The position numbers and the translations under genes are program-made. From Porphyromonas sp. (GTDB lineage Bacteria > Bacteroidota > Bacteroidia > Bacteroidales > Porphyromonadaceae), in NCBI GenBank assembly GCA_029983505.1, contig JASBZK010000003.1, positions 18,422-82,421 on the forward strand: a stretch of 64,000 nucleotides of DNA, read 5' to 3'. This document shows, in pieces, positions 9,344-18,287 of the stretch. Positions within the stretch are counted from its first letter, which is position 1. Every line of letters starts with the position of its first letter. The notes under the pieces were generated by a model. The model did not search any database, had not been told where the DNA came from, and was given only the letters and a program-made list of their open reading frames with translations.

Positions 9344-10702
9344 ATGGCAGAACTAATCAAACTCGACTTATCCAACGCACTCGACACCCCGGAGCGTAAA
9401 GCCTCTTTTGAGGCTATGATTCCCGAAGCCGGGAAAGCACTCCAATCGCTTTTCGACGGTACGGGCGAAGGCAACGACTTCCTTGGATGGCTTGACCTTC
9501 CCACTTCAATCACGTACAGTTTTCTTGACGACATCAGGGCGACTGCCGAAGTCCTTAGAAAAGACTGCGAATTTGTCGTCTCTGTCGGCATCGGAGGCTC
9601 TTATCTCGGCATTAAATCGACCATAGAAGCGCTTCGGGACAGTTTCGACGCTTACAAAGGTCTCGATACGTCCAAGCTCCTCTATGCGGGTAACCAGATC
9701 TCCGAAGATTACCTCTATGAGTTGCTCGACCTGCTCCGAGGCAAAAAGTTCGGCATCATCAATATCAGCAAAAGTGGTACGACGACTGAGCCGGCCATCG
9801 CTTTCCGTCTCCTCAAAAATCTCCTCGAGGAGCAAGAGGGTAGGGAGTTTGCGAAGGAACACATCGTCGCCATCACTGATGAGAAAAAAGGCGCCCTCCG
9901 TACACTTGCCGACAAGGAAGGATATAAGACATTCGTCATCCCCGATAATGTGGGGGGACGCTTCACCGTGCTTACGCCCGTGGGTCTTCTACCCATCGCG
10001 GTAGCCGGGTTGGACATCAAACAGCTTGTCCAAGGTGCCCAAGATATGGAAGAGGCCACTTCTCTGAAAGTCTCTCCCGACACCAATCCCTCCCTTCGGT
10101 ATGCAGCCGCACGCAATGTGCTTTACAGAGAAGGTAAAAAGATAGAGATTTTGGCCAACTTTTCGCCCAAACTCCAATACGTCGGCGAGTGGTTTAAGCA
10201 GCTTTTTGCGGAGAGTGAAGGCAAAGACGGCTTGGCCATCTTCCCCGCGTCTGCAAACTTCACCACCGATTTGCATTCCATCGGTCAGCTTATCCAACAG
10301 GGTGAGCGCAACCTCTTCGAGACAGTCCTTAGCGTGGGAAAAACTTGGCACCAAGTCCTTTTGCCCGAAGACAAAGAGAACCTCGACGGTCTGAACTATC
10401 TCTCGGCTAAGAGAATCGACTTCGTCAATAAGCAGGCTGAGACCGGTACGCTTTTGGCTCACGTGGACGGCGGAGTGCCCAATATCCGCATCTCTCTTCC
10501 CGAGCTCAACGCCTATTACCTCGGACAGCTTTATTATTTCTTCGAAAAAGCTGTAGGCATCAGTGGTTATCTGCTTGGGGTCAATCCCTTCAATCAGCCC
10601 GGTGTGGAGGATTACAAAGGCAATATGTTTGCCCTCCTCGGCAAACCCGGCTACGAAGAAGCGAGCAAGGCGATCCAAAAGCGACTCGGTAAGGGTCTTT
10701 AA
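9344..10702 (+). CDS. pgi: glucose-6-phosphate isomerase
   Basis: PGI signatures [32 protein letters not shown]. Confidence 0.95.
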   Translation: MAELIKLDLSNALDTPERKASFEAMIPEAGKALQSLFDGTGEGNDFLGWLDLPTSITYSFLDDIRATAEVLRKDCEFVVSVGIGGSYLGIKSTIEALRDSFDAYKGLDTSKLLYAGNQISEDYLYELLDLLRGKKFGIINISKSGTTTEPAIAFRLLKNLLEEQEGREFAKEHIVAITDEKKGALRTLADKEGYKTFVIPDNVGGRFTVLTPVGLLPIAVAGLDIKQLVQGAQDMEEATSLKVSPDTNPSLRYAAARNVLYREGKKIEILANFSPKLQYVGEWFKQLFAESEGKDGLAIFPASANFTTDLHSIGQLIQQGERNLFETVLSVGKTWHQVLLPEDKENLDGLNYLSAKRIDFVNKQAETGTLLAHVDGGVPNIRISLPELNAYYLGQLYYFFEKAVGISGYLLGVNPFNQPGVEDYKGNMFALLGKPGYEEASKAIQKRLGKGL

Positions 10703-10723
10703 TCCTCAAAAAGTCCGATTTGA

Positions 10724-11356
10724 ATGGCTTTAGACAACACTACCTCTCACGGTGACCGCCTGATATTCCCCATTTATGGTAGAAATATCCAGGAAATGGT
10801 CGAATATTGTGTCTCGATTGAAGACCGGGAAGAGCGACAAAGATGCGCGGAGACGATTGTCCGCAAGATGGAAAACTTCTCCCCTCTGAATAAAGACCGG
10901 GAGGATTACCGCCAAGTGCTCTGGGATCATCTCTTTATCATGAGCGGATTCAGGCTCGACGTGGATTTCCCTTATCCGGTCATCAAGGAAGAAGAGTACG
11001 GTAAAAAACACTCCGGTCATCTCGATAACGACCACCAATACCGCCCTCAGTTCAGACACTACGGAAGGGCTGTGGAGCGTATGGTCGCCATCGCTGCTGC
11101 CCTCCCGGAGGGTGAAGAGCGCTTGGAGCTCTCCAAAAAAATCGCGATTCAGATGAAAAAGGACTACCTCAATTGGAACAGCCGGGGTGTCTCCGACTCC
11201 AAGATCTTCACCGAGCTCTATGACCTCTCGAAAGGCAAACTGTATCTCGACGAATTGATGTTCCACCTCCCGGAGGCTTCGATGCTGATAGAAGGCACTG
11301 CGGCCGCCAAGGGGAAAAAGAACACCAATAACAGAGGTAGAAACAAGAGAAAATAA
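10724..11356 (+). CDS. DUF4290-like protein, the conserved Bacteroidota partner found upstream of murA
   Basis: 210 aa with a basic C-terminal tail. Its position immediately upstream of murA-rimM matches the usual Bacteroidota synteny. The family assignment is from memory, not from a search. Confidence 0.6.
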   Translation: MALDNTTSHGDRLIFPIYGRNIQEMVEYCVSIEDREERQRCAETIVRKMENFSPLNKDREDYRQVLWDHLFIMSGFRLDVDFPYPVIKEEEYGKKHSGHLDNDHQYRPQFRHYGRAVERMVAIAAALPEGEERLELSKKIAIQMKKDYLNWNSRGVSDSKIFTELYDLSKGKLYLDELMFHLPEASMLIEGTAAAKGKKNTNNRGRNKRK

Positions 11357-11368
11357 GTACTGCACGCT

Positions 11369-12679
11369 ATGGCTTCCTTTATCATCGAAGGCGGACGGCA
11401 CCTCAAGGGGGACATCATCCCGCAGGGTGCGAAAAACGAGGCACTCCAAGTAATTTCGGCGGTTCTTTTGACTTCCGAAAGGGTCACCATCCACAATATT
11501 CCGGACATCCTTGACGTCAAAAACCTCATTTCGCTCCTGATGGATCTCGGTGTAAAGGTGACCAAGGAAAACGAGGACACGTACACGTTTCAGGCCGATG
11601 ATGTGAACCTCGATTTTGCCTATTCGCCCTCTTTTTTGGAAAAGAGCCGCAAGCTCCGGGGGTCTGTCCTCCTCATAGGTCCCTTGCTCGGTCGTTTCGG
11701 AAAAGCCTCCATCACCAAGCCGGGAGGAGACAAGATCGGTCGTAGGAGGCTCGACACCCATTTTATAGGGTTTATGGATCTCGGAGCGCGGTTCCACAAT
11801 GACCCCGAGAGGGAACTCTTCACCATCGAGTCTCCCGGCGGACTGAGAGGGTGCTATATGCTTCTCGGTGAAGCCTCTGTGACCGGTACCGCAAATATCA
11901 TTATGGCGGCAGTCCTTGCCTCCGGCACCACGACCATATACAATGCCGCGTGCGAGCCCTATATCCAGCAACTCTGCAAGCTCCTGGTGAAAATGGGTGC
12001 GAAGATTAGCGGTATCGGCAGTAATCTGCTTACGATCGAAGGGGTGGACAGTCTCGGTTCTGCCGAGCATACGATCCTTCCGGATATGATCGAAGTAGGG
12101 AGCTTCATCGGTATGGCAGCCGTGACGCAGTCCGAGATGACCATCAAAAACGCCTTTGTCAAAGAGCTCGGCATCATCCCGTCCACTTTCCGAAAGCTCG
12201 GTATCGTGCTCGAAGAGAGGGGCGAGGATCTCTATATCCCTGCGCAGGAGCATTACGAGATCGAGAACTTTATGGACGGCTCCATACTCACCATCGCCGA
12301 CGCCCCTTGGCCGGGACTTACTCCTGACCTCATCAGTGTCCTGCTCGTGACGGCAACCCAAGCCGAGGGCAGTGTACTCATCCATCAGAAGATGTTTGAG
12401 TCCCGCCTCTTTTTCGTGGACAAACTTATCGACATCGGTGCCCAAATCATTCTCTGCGATCCTCACCGCGCTACCGTAATCGGACTTAACCATAGGTTTA
12501 AGTTCCGCCCTGCCGTGATGGAGTCGCCCGATATCCGTGCCGGCATCGCGCTCCTTATCGCTGCTATGTCTGCCGGTGGGACTTCCCGCATCAATAACAT
12601 CGAACAGATAGACCGCGGTTACCAAAACATCGAAGGACGGCTCAATGCCATAGGCGCGTCCATCTCCAGAGTAGACTAA
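11369..12679 (+). CDS. murA: UDP-N-acetylglucosamine 1-carboxyvinyltransferase
   Basis: Alignable to MurA over full length (GAKNEAL, KLRGS, PGGDKIGRRRLDTH, IDRGY). Asp occupies the position of the E. coli Cys115. Confidence 0.95.
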   Translation: MASFIIEGGRHLKGDIIPQGAKNEALQVISAVLLTSERVTIHNIPDILDVKNLISLLMDLGVKVTKENEDTYTFQADDVNLDFAYSPSFLEKSRKLRGSVLLIGPLLGRFGKASITKPGGDKIGRRRLDTHFIGFMDLGARFHNDPERELFTIESPGGLRGCYMLLGEASVTGTANIIMAAVLASGTTTIYNAACEPYIQQLCKLLVKMGAKISGIGSNLLTIEGVDSLGSAEHTILPDMIEVGSFIGMAAVTQSEMTIKNAFVKELGIIPSTFRKLGIVLEERGEDLYIPAQEHYEIENFMDGSILTIADAPWPGLTPDLISVLLVTATQAEGSVLIHQKMFESRLFFVDKLIDIGAQIILCDPHRATVIGLNHRFKFRPAVMESPDIRAGIALLIAAMSAGGTSRINNIEQIDRGYQNIEGRLNAIGASISRVD

Positions 12680-12683
12680 AGGA

Positions 12684-13208
12684 ATGTACGACATCCCTAA
12701 ACTATTCCCGTATGGGTTCATCCGCAAGACGCACGGACACAAAGGTGAAGTCATCATAGAGCTTGAGGACGAGAATCTCTTCGACCTCGACCCCGATTTC
12801 CTGTTCGTCGAAATCGAGGGTATCCGGATTCCGTTTGCCGTGGACTCCCTCAGGGGCGTTCCTGAGAGGCTGATCTGCAAGTTTGAGCAAGTCTCAACGG
12901 AAGAGGAGGGCGAACGGTTCAGGGGTGCGCGGCTCTTCATTCCCGAGGAAAGTCTTTCGGAAGCGGAAGATGCGGACGACGGGGAGGATATGGACATCAT
13001 AGGCCTCAAGGTAGTTCATCCCAAGGGCGGTCTCCTTGGCGAGATCGTAGATATTGACGACTCCACAGAGAACGAACTTTTGCTCGTCAAGAGGGATTCC
13101 GATGGTCGTGAGGTGCTTCTGCCTTTTGTCTCCGAGTGGGTTCAATTTGTGGACGAGAAAAAAGGGGAACTCTTCTACGACTATCCCGAAGAGCTCACGG
13201 AGATGTGA
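12684..13208 (+). CDS. rimM: 16S rRNA processing protein RimM
   Basis: 174 aa with an RimM N-domain (GFIRKTHGHKGEV) and a PRC-barrel C-domain. Confidence 0.85.
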   Translation: MYDIPKLFPYGFIRKTHGHKGEVIIELEDENLFDLDPDFLFVEIEGIRIPFAVDSLRGVPERLICKFEQVSTEEEGERFRGARLFIPEESLSEAEDADDGEDMDIIGLKVVHPKGGLLGEIVDIDDSTENELLLVKRDSDGREVLLPFVSEWVQFVDEKKGELFYDYPEELTEM

Positions 13209-13235
13209 CCGGGGGTAGGAGGGGGTAAAAAGTCC

Positions 13236-13322
13236 GGTACGTACCGAGCGTTTCTTTTCGGCCGTACCGACGTGTGAAGATAGGTCTGTATCTCGCTTCC
13301 TTGAGATACAGGCCTATTTTTG
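13236..13322. repeat. 23-nt-period module element whose terminal hairpin plus T-run is the likely rimM terminator
   Basis: GGTACGTACC at 13236, GGCCGTACC at 13260, GGTCTGTATCTC at 13283. Hairpin AGGTCTGTATCTC (13282-13294) pairs with GAGATACAGGCCT (13303-13315), followed by ATTTTT. Confidence 0.8.
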
Positions 13323-13406
13323 TGCGCCCTCCTGTGTAAAGGTTGTGAAAATAAGAATTGACCGGAATTAAGCCGGACATATTTTGTGGAATTGAAATTT
13401 TTGTGG

Positions 13407-13414
13407 TAACTTTG
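13407..13414 (+). promoter_or_regulatory. candidate -7 box TAACTTTG for the tRNA-Gly/tRNA-Leu pair
   Basis: TAnnTTTG match 35 nt upstream of tRNA-Gly. A TTTG at 13383-13386 is at about the spacing expected for a -33 element. Confidence 0.45.
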
Positions 13415-13448
13415 CACCACGTCAGAAGAGAAATAGGCGTGATTGTTT

Positions 13449-13521
13449 GCGGAAGTAGCTCAGTTGGTAGAGCACAACCTTGCCAAGGTTGGGGTCGCGG
13501 GTTCGAGTCCCGTCTTCCGCT
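13449..13521 (+). tRNA. tRNA-Gly (anticodon GCC)
   Basis: Cloverleaf readable by eye: acceptor GCGGAAG/CTTCCGC, anticodon stem CAACC/GGTTG, loop TTGCCAA, T-arm GGTTCGAGTCC. Confidence 0.95.
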
Positions 13522-13555
13522 CTTTTTTGTATCCATACGCTAAAGAGATAATGAA

Positions 13556-13641
13556 GCCCGGATGGTGGAATGGTAGACACGAAGGACTTAAACTCCTTTG
13601 ACCCGAATACGGTCGTGCGGGTTCAAGTCCCGCTCCGGGTA
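13556..13641 (+). tRNA. tRNA-Leu (anticodon UAA), long variable arm
   Basis: Acceptor GCCCGGA/TCCGGGT, anticodon stem AAGGA/TCCTT, loop CTTAAAC, long variable arm, T-arm GGTTCAAGTCC. Confidence 0.9.
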
Positions 13642-13643
13642 CG

Positions 13644-13691
13644 AAAAAATAGAAGACCGGTAGTCGATGGGCTACCGGTCTTCTATTTTTT
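13644..13691. terminator. bidirectional intrinsic terminator between tRNA-Leu (+) and recR (-)
   Basis: A-run, then TAGAAGACCGGTAG (13650-13663), an 8-nt loop, CTACCGGTCTTCTA (13672-13685), then T-run. Confidence 0.8.
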
Positions 13692-13707
13692 CGTAATGAG
13701 TAAGGGC

Positions 13708-14328
13708 TCAGCCGCGGAGCGTGGAGGAGAAATCGATACGGTTCTCTATGGAGCGCCCAAGCGTGACCTCATCCGCGTACTCGAGGTCGTCCCCCATCGG
13801 TACTCCGCGGGCTATGACCGTGATTTTGACATCCAAGTCCCGCAGCAGTCTGTAGATGTAAAAGTTTGTCGTGTCGCCTTCCATCGTCGTACTGAGTGCA
13901 AGAAGTACCTCAGTAATACCTTCGTCTCGGACACGATCAGGCAGATCGCTTAGAAAGAGGTCATTCGGTCCCAGTCCGTCAATGGGCGAGATGAGCCCGC
14001 CAAGGACGTGGTAGCGCCCGTGGAAATGCCCTGTGCGCTCTATGGCCATCACATCGCGGATATTCTCCACGACGCAAATAATGGCATCATCGCGCCTCGT
14101 ATCTCGGCAGATGGGGCATACCGGATCATCACTGATGTTGTGGCAACGCTCGCAGAAGTGGATCTGATCGACGAAGCTATTAAGGTCATCGGTGAGGCTG
14201 TGGGTAAAGCTCTTTTCCTGCTTCAGTAGAAAAAGGGCGAGTCTGAGGGCCGTCTTCCTGCCGACGCCGGGTAGCCCCGCAAAGGCATCAACGGCCTTTT
14301 GCAAAAGAAGAGAGTAACCTTCGTTCAT
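13708..14328 (-). CDS. recR: recombination protein RecR
   Basis: HhH N-terminus ([11 protein letters not shown]), Cys4 zinc finger ([16 protein letters not shown]) and a Toprim domain. Confidence 0.95.
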   Translation of the reverse strand: MNEGYSLLLQKAVDAFAGLPGVGRKTALRLALFLLKQEKSFTHSLTDDLNSFVDQIHFCERCHNISDDPVCPICRDTRRDDAIICVVENIRDVMAIERTGHFHGRYHVLGGLISPIDGLGPNDLFLSDLPDRVRDEGITEVLLALSTTMEGDTTNFYIYRLLRDLDVKITVIARGVPMGDDLEYADEVTLGRSIENRIDFSSTLRG

Positions 14329-15077
14329 TTGCCCTCGGCTACATCAAAAGTCTTACGTCGAAGCACGAAATCGCGACCGAGGTATTTCTCCCGTACGATT
14401 TCATTATTCGCAAGGTCCTCGGCAGTTCCTTCAAAAAGCACTTTCCCCTCAAAAAGGAGGTATGCACGGTCGGTGATGGAGAGGGTTTCGTTCACGTTAT
14501 GGTCCGTGATGAGAATGCCGATGTTTTGGGTCTTCAGCTTCGCCACGATCGATTGGATGTCTTGGACAGCGATGGGGTCCACACCCGCAAACGGCTCATC
14601 GAGCATAATGAATTTTGGGTCAATCGCGAGGCAGCGTGCGATTTCGGCGCGTCTTCGCTCTCCACCGGAGAGGCGTTCGCCCTCATTCTTGCGCACCTTA
14701 TGGAGACCAAATTCGTCGATAAGCGACTCGAGCTTGGCGTGCTGCTCATCCTTAGAGAGTCCCGTCATTTCGAGGACGGAGAGGATATTGTCTTCTACCG
14801 TCATCTTTCGGAATATGGACTCCTCTTGCGCCAGGTACCCGATCCCCAGACGCGCCCGCTTGTATATAGGCTCGTCCGTGATCTCCCTGTCATCGATGAA
14901 GATACGTCCGTGATTAGGCATTACAAGCCCCACCGTCATATAGAATGTGGTGGTCTTCCCCGCTCCGTTGGGACCGAGCAGTCCCACGATTTCTCCCTGA
15001 GAGACATCTATGGAGACGTGGTTGACGACGGTACGGCTCTTATATTTCTTCACCAAGTCTTCGGTACGCAACTTCAT
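14325..15077 (-). CDS. lptB: LPS export ABC transporter ATP-binding protein LptB
   Basis: Walker [10 protein letters not shown], signature LSGGERRR, Walker B FIMLDEP. 4-nt overlap with recR. Confidence 0.9.
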   Translation of the reverse strand: MKLRTEDLVKKYKSRTVVNHVSIDVSQGEIVGLLGPNGAGKTTTFYMTVGLVMPNHGRIFIDDREITDEPIYKRARLGIGYLAQEESIFRKMTVEDNILSVLEMTGLSKDEQHAKLESLIDEFGLHKVRKNEGERLSGGERRRAEIARCLAIDPKFIMLDEPFAGVDPIAVQDIQSIVAKLKTQNIGILITDHNVNETLSITDRAYLLFEGKVLFEGTAEDLANNEIVREKYLGRDFVLRRKTFDVAEGK

Positions 15078-15101
15078 ATCTTTCCTTTCGCACTCATATT
15101 T

Positions 15102-15896
15102 TCAATACATAGGAGACACCTCATCCTCCTCAAACTGATTGAGGACAAAAGTCTCTCCATCCCATTCCCCATAGCTGTAATAGTGAAGCCAATCGCCGAG
15201 AATCACGACGCGCGTCTGCCGCGTGATCATCAAGTCGAGAAGCAAATGACGATGCCCGAAGATGAAAAAATCCGGTGCATCATTTCCCAGCTTCTTTGTC
15301 TCGCTCTTGGCAAAAAGAGTGAGGTACTCCTCATTCTCGCCCCGATACGGCATAATGGGATAGCGCTCCGTGCCTTTCTTCCTACTGTGTCTGCTCCAAG
15401 ACTGTGCGAAGCGCACAGTAAGGTCGGGATGCAGGAGACTGTACAGTTTCTGCGCCCACCGCGCGTGAAACACTTTTCGGAGAAAAAGGTAACGCTTATT
15501 CTCTGTCTCAAACTCGTCCCCATGGGCGATAAAAAAGCTTTTGCCCAAAATCTCCATCCGGGCAGCTTCCCGATGAAGCGTAAAGCCTATCTCCCGCTCG
15601 AGGTACCCGAAGAGCCAGATATCGTGATTGCCGGTGAAGTAATGGATCTCAACGCCCGCATCCGAGAGCTCGGCGAGGGCGCCTAAGAGACGAATAAAGC
15701 CCTGAGGCGCTACCGTCTTGTACTCAAACCAGTAATCAAAAATATCACCAACGAGGATGAGCATGGCGGCGTCTTCCCTGATCGACTTCAGCCACCGCAC
15801 CACTCGGCGTTCCCGCTCCCCGGGGTCCCCTTGTGACGGCGACCCGAGGTGCATATCCGAAGCGAAATAGACCTTGCGGCGTGGCGTGTCCGACAT
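15102..15896 (-). CDS. lpxH: UDP-2,3-diacylglucosamine diphosphatase (LpxH-type calcineurin-like metallophosphoesterase)
   Basis: Metallophosphoesterase motifs DMHLG, GDIFD, GNHD, GHRH. Size and position next to lptB fit LpxH. Confidence 0.7.
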   Translation of the reverse strand: MSDTPRRKVYFASDMHLGSPSQGDPGERERRVVRWLKSIREDAAMLILVGDIFDYWFEYKTVAPQGFIRLLGALAELSDAGVEIHYFTGNHDIWLFGYLEREIGFTLHREAARMEILGKSFFIAHGDEFETENKRYLFLRKVFHARWAQKLYSLLHPDLTVRFAQSWSRHSRKKGTERYPIMPYRGENEEYLTLFAKSETKKLGNDAPDFFIFGHRHLLLDLMITRQTRVVILGDWLHYYSYGEWDGETFVLNQFEEDEVSPMY

Positions 15897-15913
15897 CGTG
15901 TGAAGGGCGTATA

Positions 15914-16267
15914 TTAGAGGAATCCGAGCTCGAGCTTGGCTTCTTCGCTCATCATCTCCTTATTCCACATCGGTTCGAAAGTGAGGTTGACGCGGACGTC
16001 ACTCACGCCTTTGACGCTCTCCACCTTCATCTGGGTGTCTTCGAGGATAAAGTCCGCCATCGGGCAGTGGGGGGCGGTGAGGGTCATCGTAATCTCTACG
16101 TGTCCCGTGTCGTGATCTACGTCCACGTCGTAGACGAGTCCCAGGTCGTAGATATTGACGGGTATCTCCGGGTCGTAGACGGTGCGGAGCATCGCCACTA
16201 TGTTCTCTTCTATCTCAAGGGGGTTGGAGACCCCTGTATTTGTATCTTGATCGCTCATAAAAGTCAA
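15914..16267 (-). CDS. DUF59/SufT-like Fe-S cluster assembly protein
   Basis: 117 aa with a DUF59 core (VYDPEIPVNIYDLGLVY ... TLTAPHCPMA). Confidence 0.75.
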   Translation of the reverse strand: MTFMSDQDTNTGVSNPLEIEENIVAMLRTVYDPEIPVNIYDLGLVYDVDVDHDTGHVEITMTLTAPHCPMADFILEDTQMKVESVKGVSDVRVNLTFEPMWNKEMMSEEAKLELGFL

Positions 16268-16268
16268 G

Positions 16269-17351
16269 TTATTTGGAGGCTTTATCCGGCAAGTTGCTTT
16301 CCGGATGAAACATTTTGAAAAAGTGGGCTATCGCCCCTCTTAGGATGAGGTCGGGTGCCTTCGGATCCTCATAATAGGAGACACCGGAAATCTCTATATC
16401 GGGTTCGATGCCGCTCTCTACGCTTTTCTTTTCCGCATTGTAATTACGTACGGAAGAGTATCGGACGATCCAACCGTTGGGAAGCTCCTGGGATGCGGGG
16501 ATGCCCCCTCCGCCTCCGCTCCTGAGCCCGATGCGGGTCACATTCGGAGCCAAATCTATCTTGGTGAGGAAGTCGTTCGTGGCACTGTAGCAGCTGCGGT
16601 CTTGCAATACGATCACAGGCTTATCCGTCCACCTCTTGTCCTGGTTCTCGTAGGGCGTGACATAGAGCGGGGAGAGGTCGGAGAAGTCGTCATGCCCGGT
16701 ACCGGTCTTATGGCTCAGGTAGCCGACGAGCGTCTTTTCCTTAAAGAATCTGCTCAGCAGGCCGGTACTGTTGCTGAGTGCACCGCCTCCGTTGCCCCTG
16801 AGGTCAAGGATGAGACCATCCACATCCGACATATAGCCGAATATCGTGGAGAGGTCTCCGAGTGAGCTTGAGAAACTGCCGTACCTCACATAGCCGAAAG
16901 AAAGATCCGGATCTGCCTCAAATCTGTATTTCTGATAGGACATCCCTCCGGAGTAACGGCGTACTCCCGGTAGCTCCAGCTCTCTGGCGTAGATATTCAG
17001 TCCCACGGTGGGGTCACCCCGCCAGCCGTTGTACTGAGAGATGTCGAAACTGCTGATGAGGTTGACGTGACCGTCTTTCAGCTCGTTGAGCATTTGCCCC
17101 ATCAAGTCGAAGAACTCTATATCGGAGTGCTTTTTCTCCTTCAGTTTGGACAGATAGACCTCGTGTACGGCATCCCAATCCACCCCCTTCTCGCCGAAAT
17201 AACAGTACCGCTCGTCCATAATTTTCCAGAGCGCTTCGAAGTTGGCCACTTGATCCGTAACCGCCGGCTCGTTGGGTACGCAGCCGGAGGTAAAAAGCGT
17301 CCCAAAGAGCGCAAAGACAGGCACGATGGCGCGTATGAAAAAGCTTCTCAT
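16269..17351 (-). CDS. S41 family (tail-specific-type) peptidase, secreted
   Basis: Signal peptide/lipobox-like N-terminus (LFTSGC) and the S41 motif LILDLRGNGGG. Confidence 0.75.
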   Translation of the reverse strand: MRSFFIRAIVPVFALFGTLFTSGCVPNEPAVTDQVANFEALWKIMDERYCYFGEKGVDWDAVHEVYLSKLKEKKHSDIEFFDLMGQMLNELKDGHVNLISSFDISQYNGWRGDPTVGLNIYARELELPGVRRYSGGMSYQKYRFEADPDLSFGYVRYGSFSSSLGDLSTIFGYMSDVDGLILDLRGNGGGALSNSTGLLSRFFKEKTLVGYLSHKTGTGHDDFSDLSPLYVTPYENQDKRWTDKPVIVLQDRSCYSATNDFLTKIDLAPNVTRIGLRSGGGGGIPASQELPNGWIVRYSSVRNYNAEKKSVESGIEPDIEISGVSYYEDPKAPDLILRGAIAHFFKMFHPESNLPDKASK

Positions 17352-17354
17352 AGG

Positions 17355-18287
17355 TCAGTCGATGGCGTTTCGGATGAAAGATGAGCGAAGAGCGCGGTTC
17401 CCGGAGAGTCTGAAGAGGTCAAAAGAGACACCGACGATACCGAGTAAAGAGCCCTGCCTGTAGGATAGACTATTCACCTGCGATGTCCGATACCGGTGCC
17501 CCATCCCCACGGTAAGTGTCACGTGACGGATGGGCAAATCCAAGAGCAGATGCTGCTCGATCTCGAACCCGTTATGGAAAGACGAGGGATAAAAGGTTAC
17601 CCCCGTCACCTTGTCGCTCCCTGCCACAAACTCGTAGTAACTCTGTCCGAAAGCGGGGGCAAAGGCGGCATAAATCACCGGTACCCTCATCGCATACTGC
17701 ACCCTCATCGGGAAGCGCTCCACAGGCAGACGGTACCGGAGGCGTGTCCAAGCATCCAGCCCGAAGCCGGCTTTGATATTGGTGACGTTATTCGTGTTAT
17801 TGAGCTTGAGATTGCCTTGCACTCCAATCGTCACAAGCGGAGCAAGGTCGAGGGAAATCCCATGCCACACGAAAGCCCGCCAAGAGGGACCCAAACTGAA
17901 ACGCCCTCCCGTGACGTACATCACGGAGCGGTTGGCCGGATTCTTTGGAAAGCCGCCATAGCCTTCCACCTCTTGATAAATATGCCACTTGTCCGATTCC
18001 TCATGGAGGGCATAATCGGTTTGCGCCAGGATGCTGAGCATCAAACCCGTGTGAGTCGTCTCGCTCAAATAGGCGTCTGCGACACCGACAGTGCCGGCAC
18101 CAAAGAGAAGTTTGGTGTGCGTCGACCGAAGGGGCAATTCACCGTCATAGGGCTCTCCTCCGAACCAATCCCCCACCTTTTGCCAAAAAGAGCTTGGTTC
18201 GGGAGATTGAGCAAAAAGTACCTGAGGGATGAACGCAAGAAGTACTGCGGTGCATCCGGCAAATAAATCCACTCTGTAATCTTTCAC
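17355..18287 (-). CDS. hypothetical outer-membrane beta-barrel-like protein with signal peptide
   Basis: N-terminal signal sequence ending FAQ and alternating-hydrophobicity strands. Tightly packed between parC and the S41 peptidase. No family recognised with confidence. Confidence 0.6.
   Translation of the reverse strand: MKDYRVDLFAGCTAVLLAFIPQVLFAQSPEPSSFWQKVGDWFGGEPYDGELPLRSTHTKLLFGAGTVGVADAYLSETTHTGLMLSILAQTDYALHEESDKWHIYQEVEGYGGFPKNPANRSVMYVTGGRFSLGPSWRAFVWHGISLDLAPLVTIGVQGNLKLNNTNNVTNIKAGFGLDAWTRLRYRLPVERFPMRVQYAMRVPVIYAAFAPAFGQSYYEFVAGSDKVTGVTFYPSSFHNGFEIEQHLLLDLPIRHVTLTVGMGHRYRTSQVNSLSYRQGSLLGIVGVSFDLFRLSGNRALRSSFIRNAID

Noticed and set aside
10730-13009. 759-aa ORF antisense to DUF4290, murA and part of rimM.
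   Set aside because: This is a shadow ORF. Its codon boundaries (10730 mod 3 = 2) coincide with those of the sense genes (10724 and 11369 mod 3 = 2). An antisense stop can then arise only where the sense gene uses TTA, CTA or TCA, which this genome evidently avoids. The product is low-complexity (Ser/Arg/Gly-rich), has no recognisable domain, and runs straight through two intergenic gaps. The sense genes have unambiguous homology.
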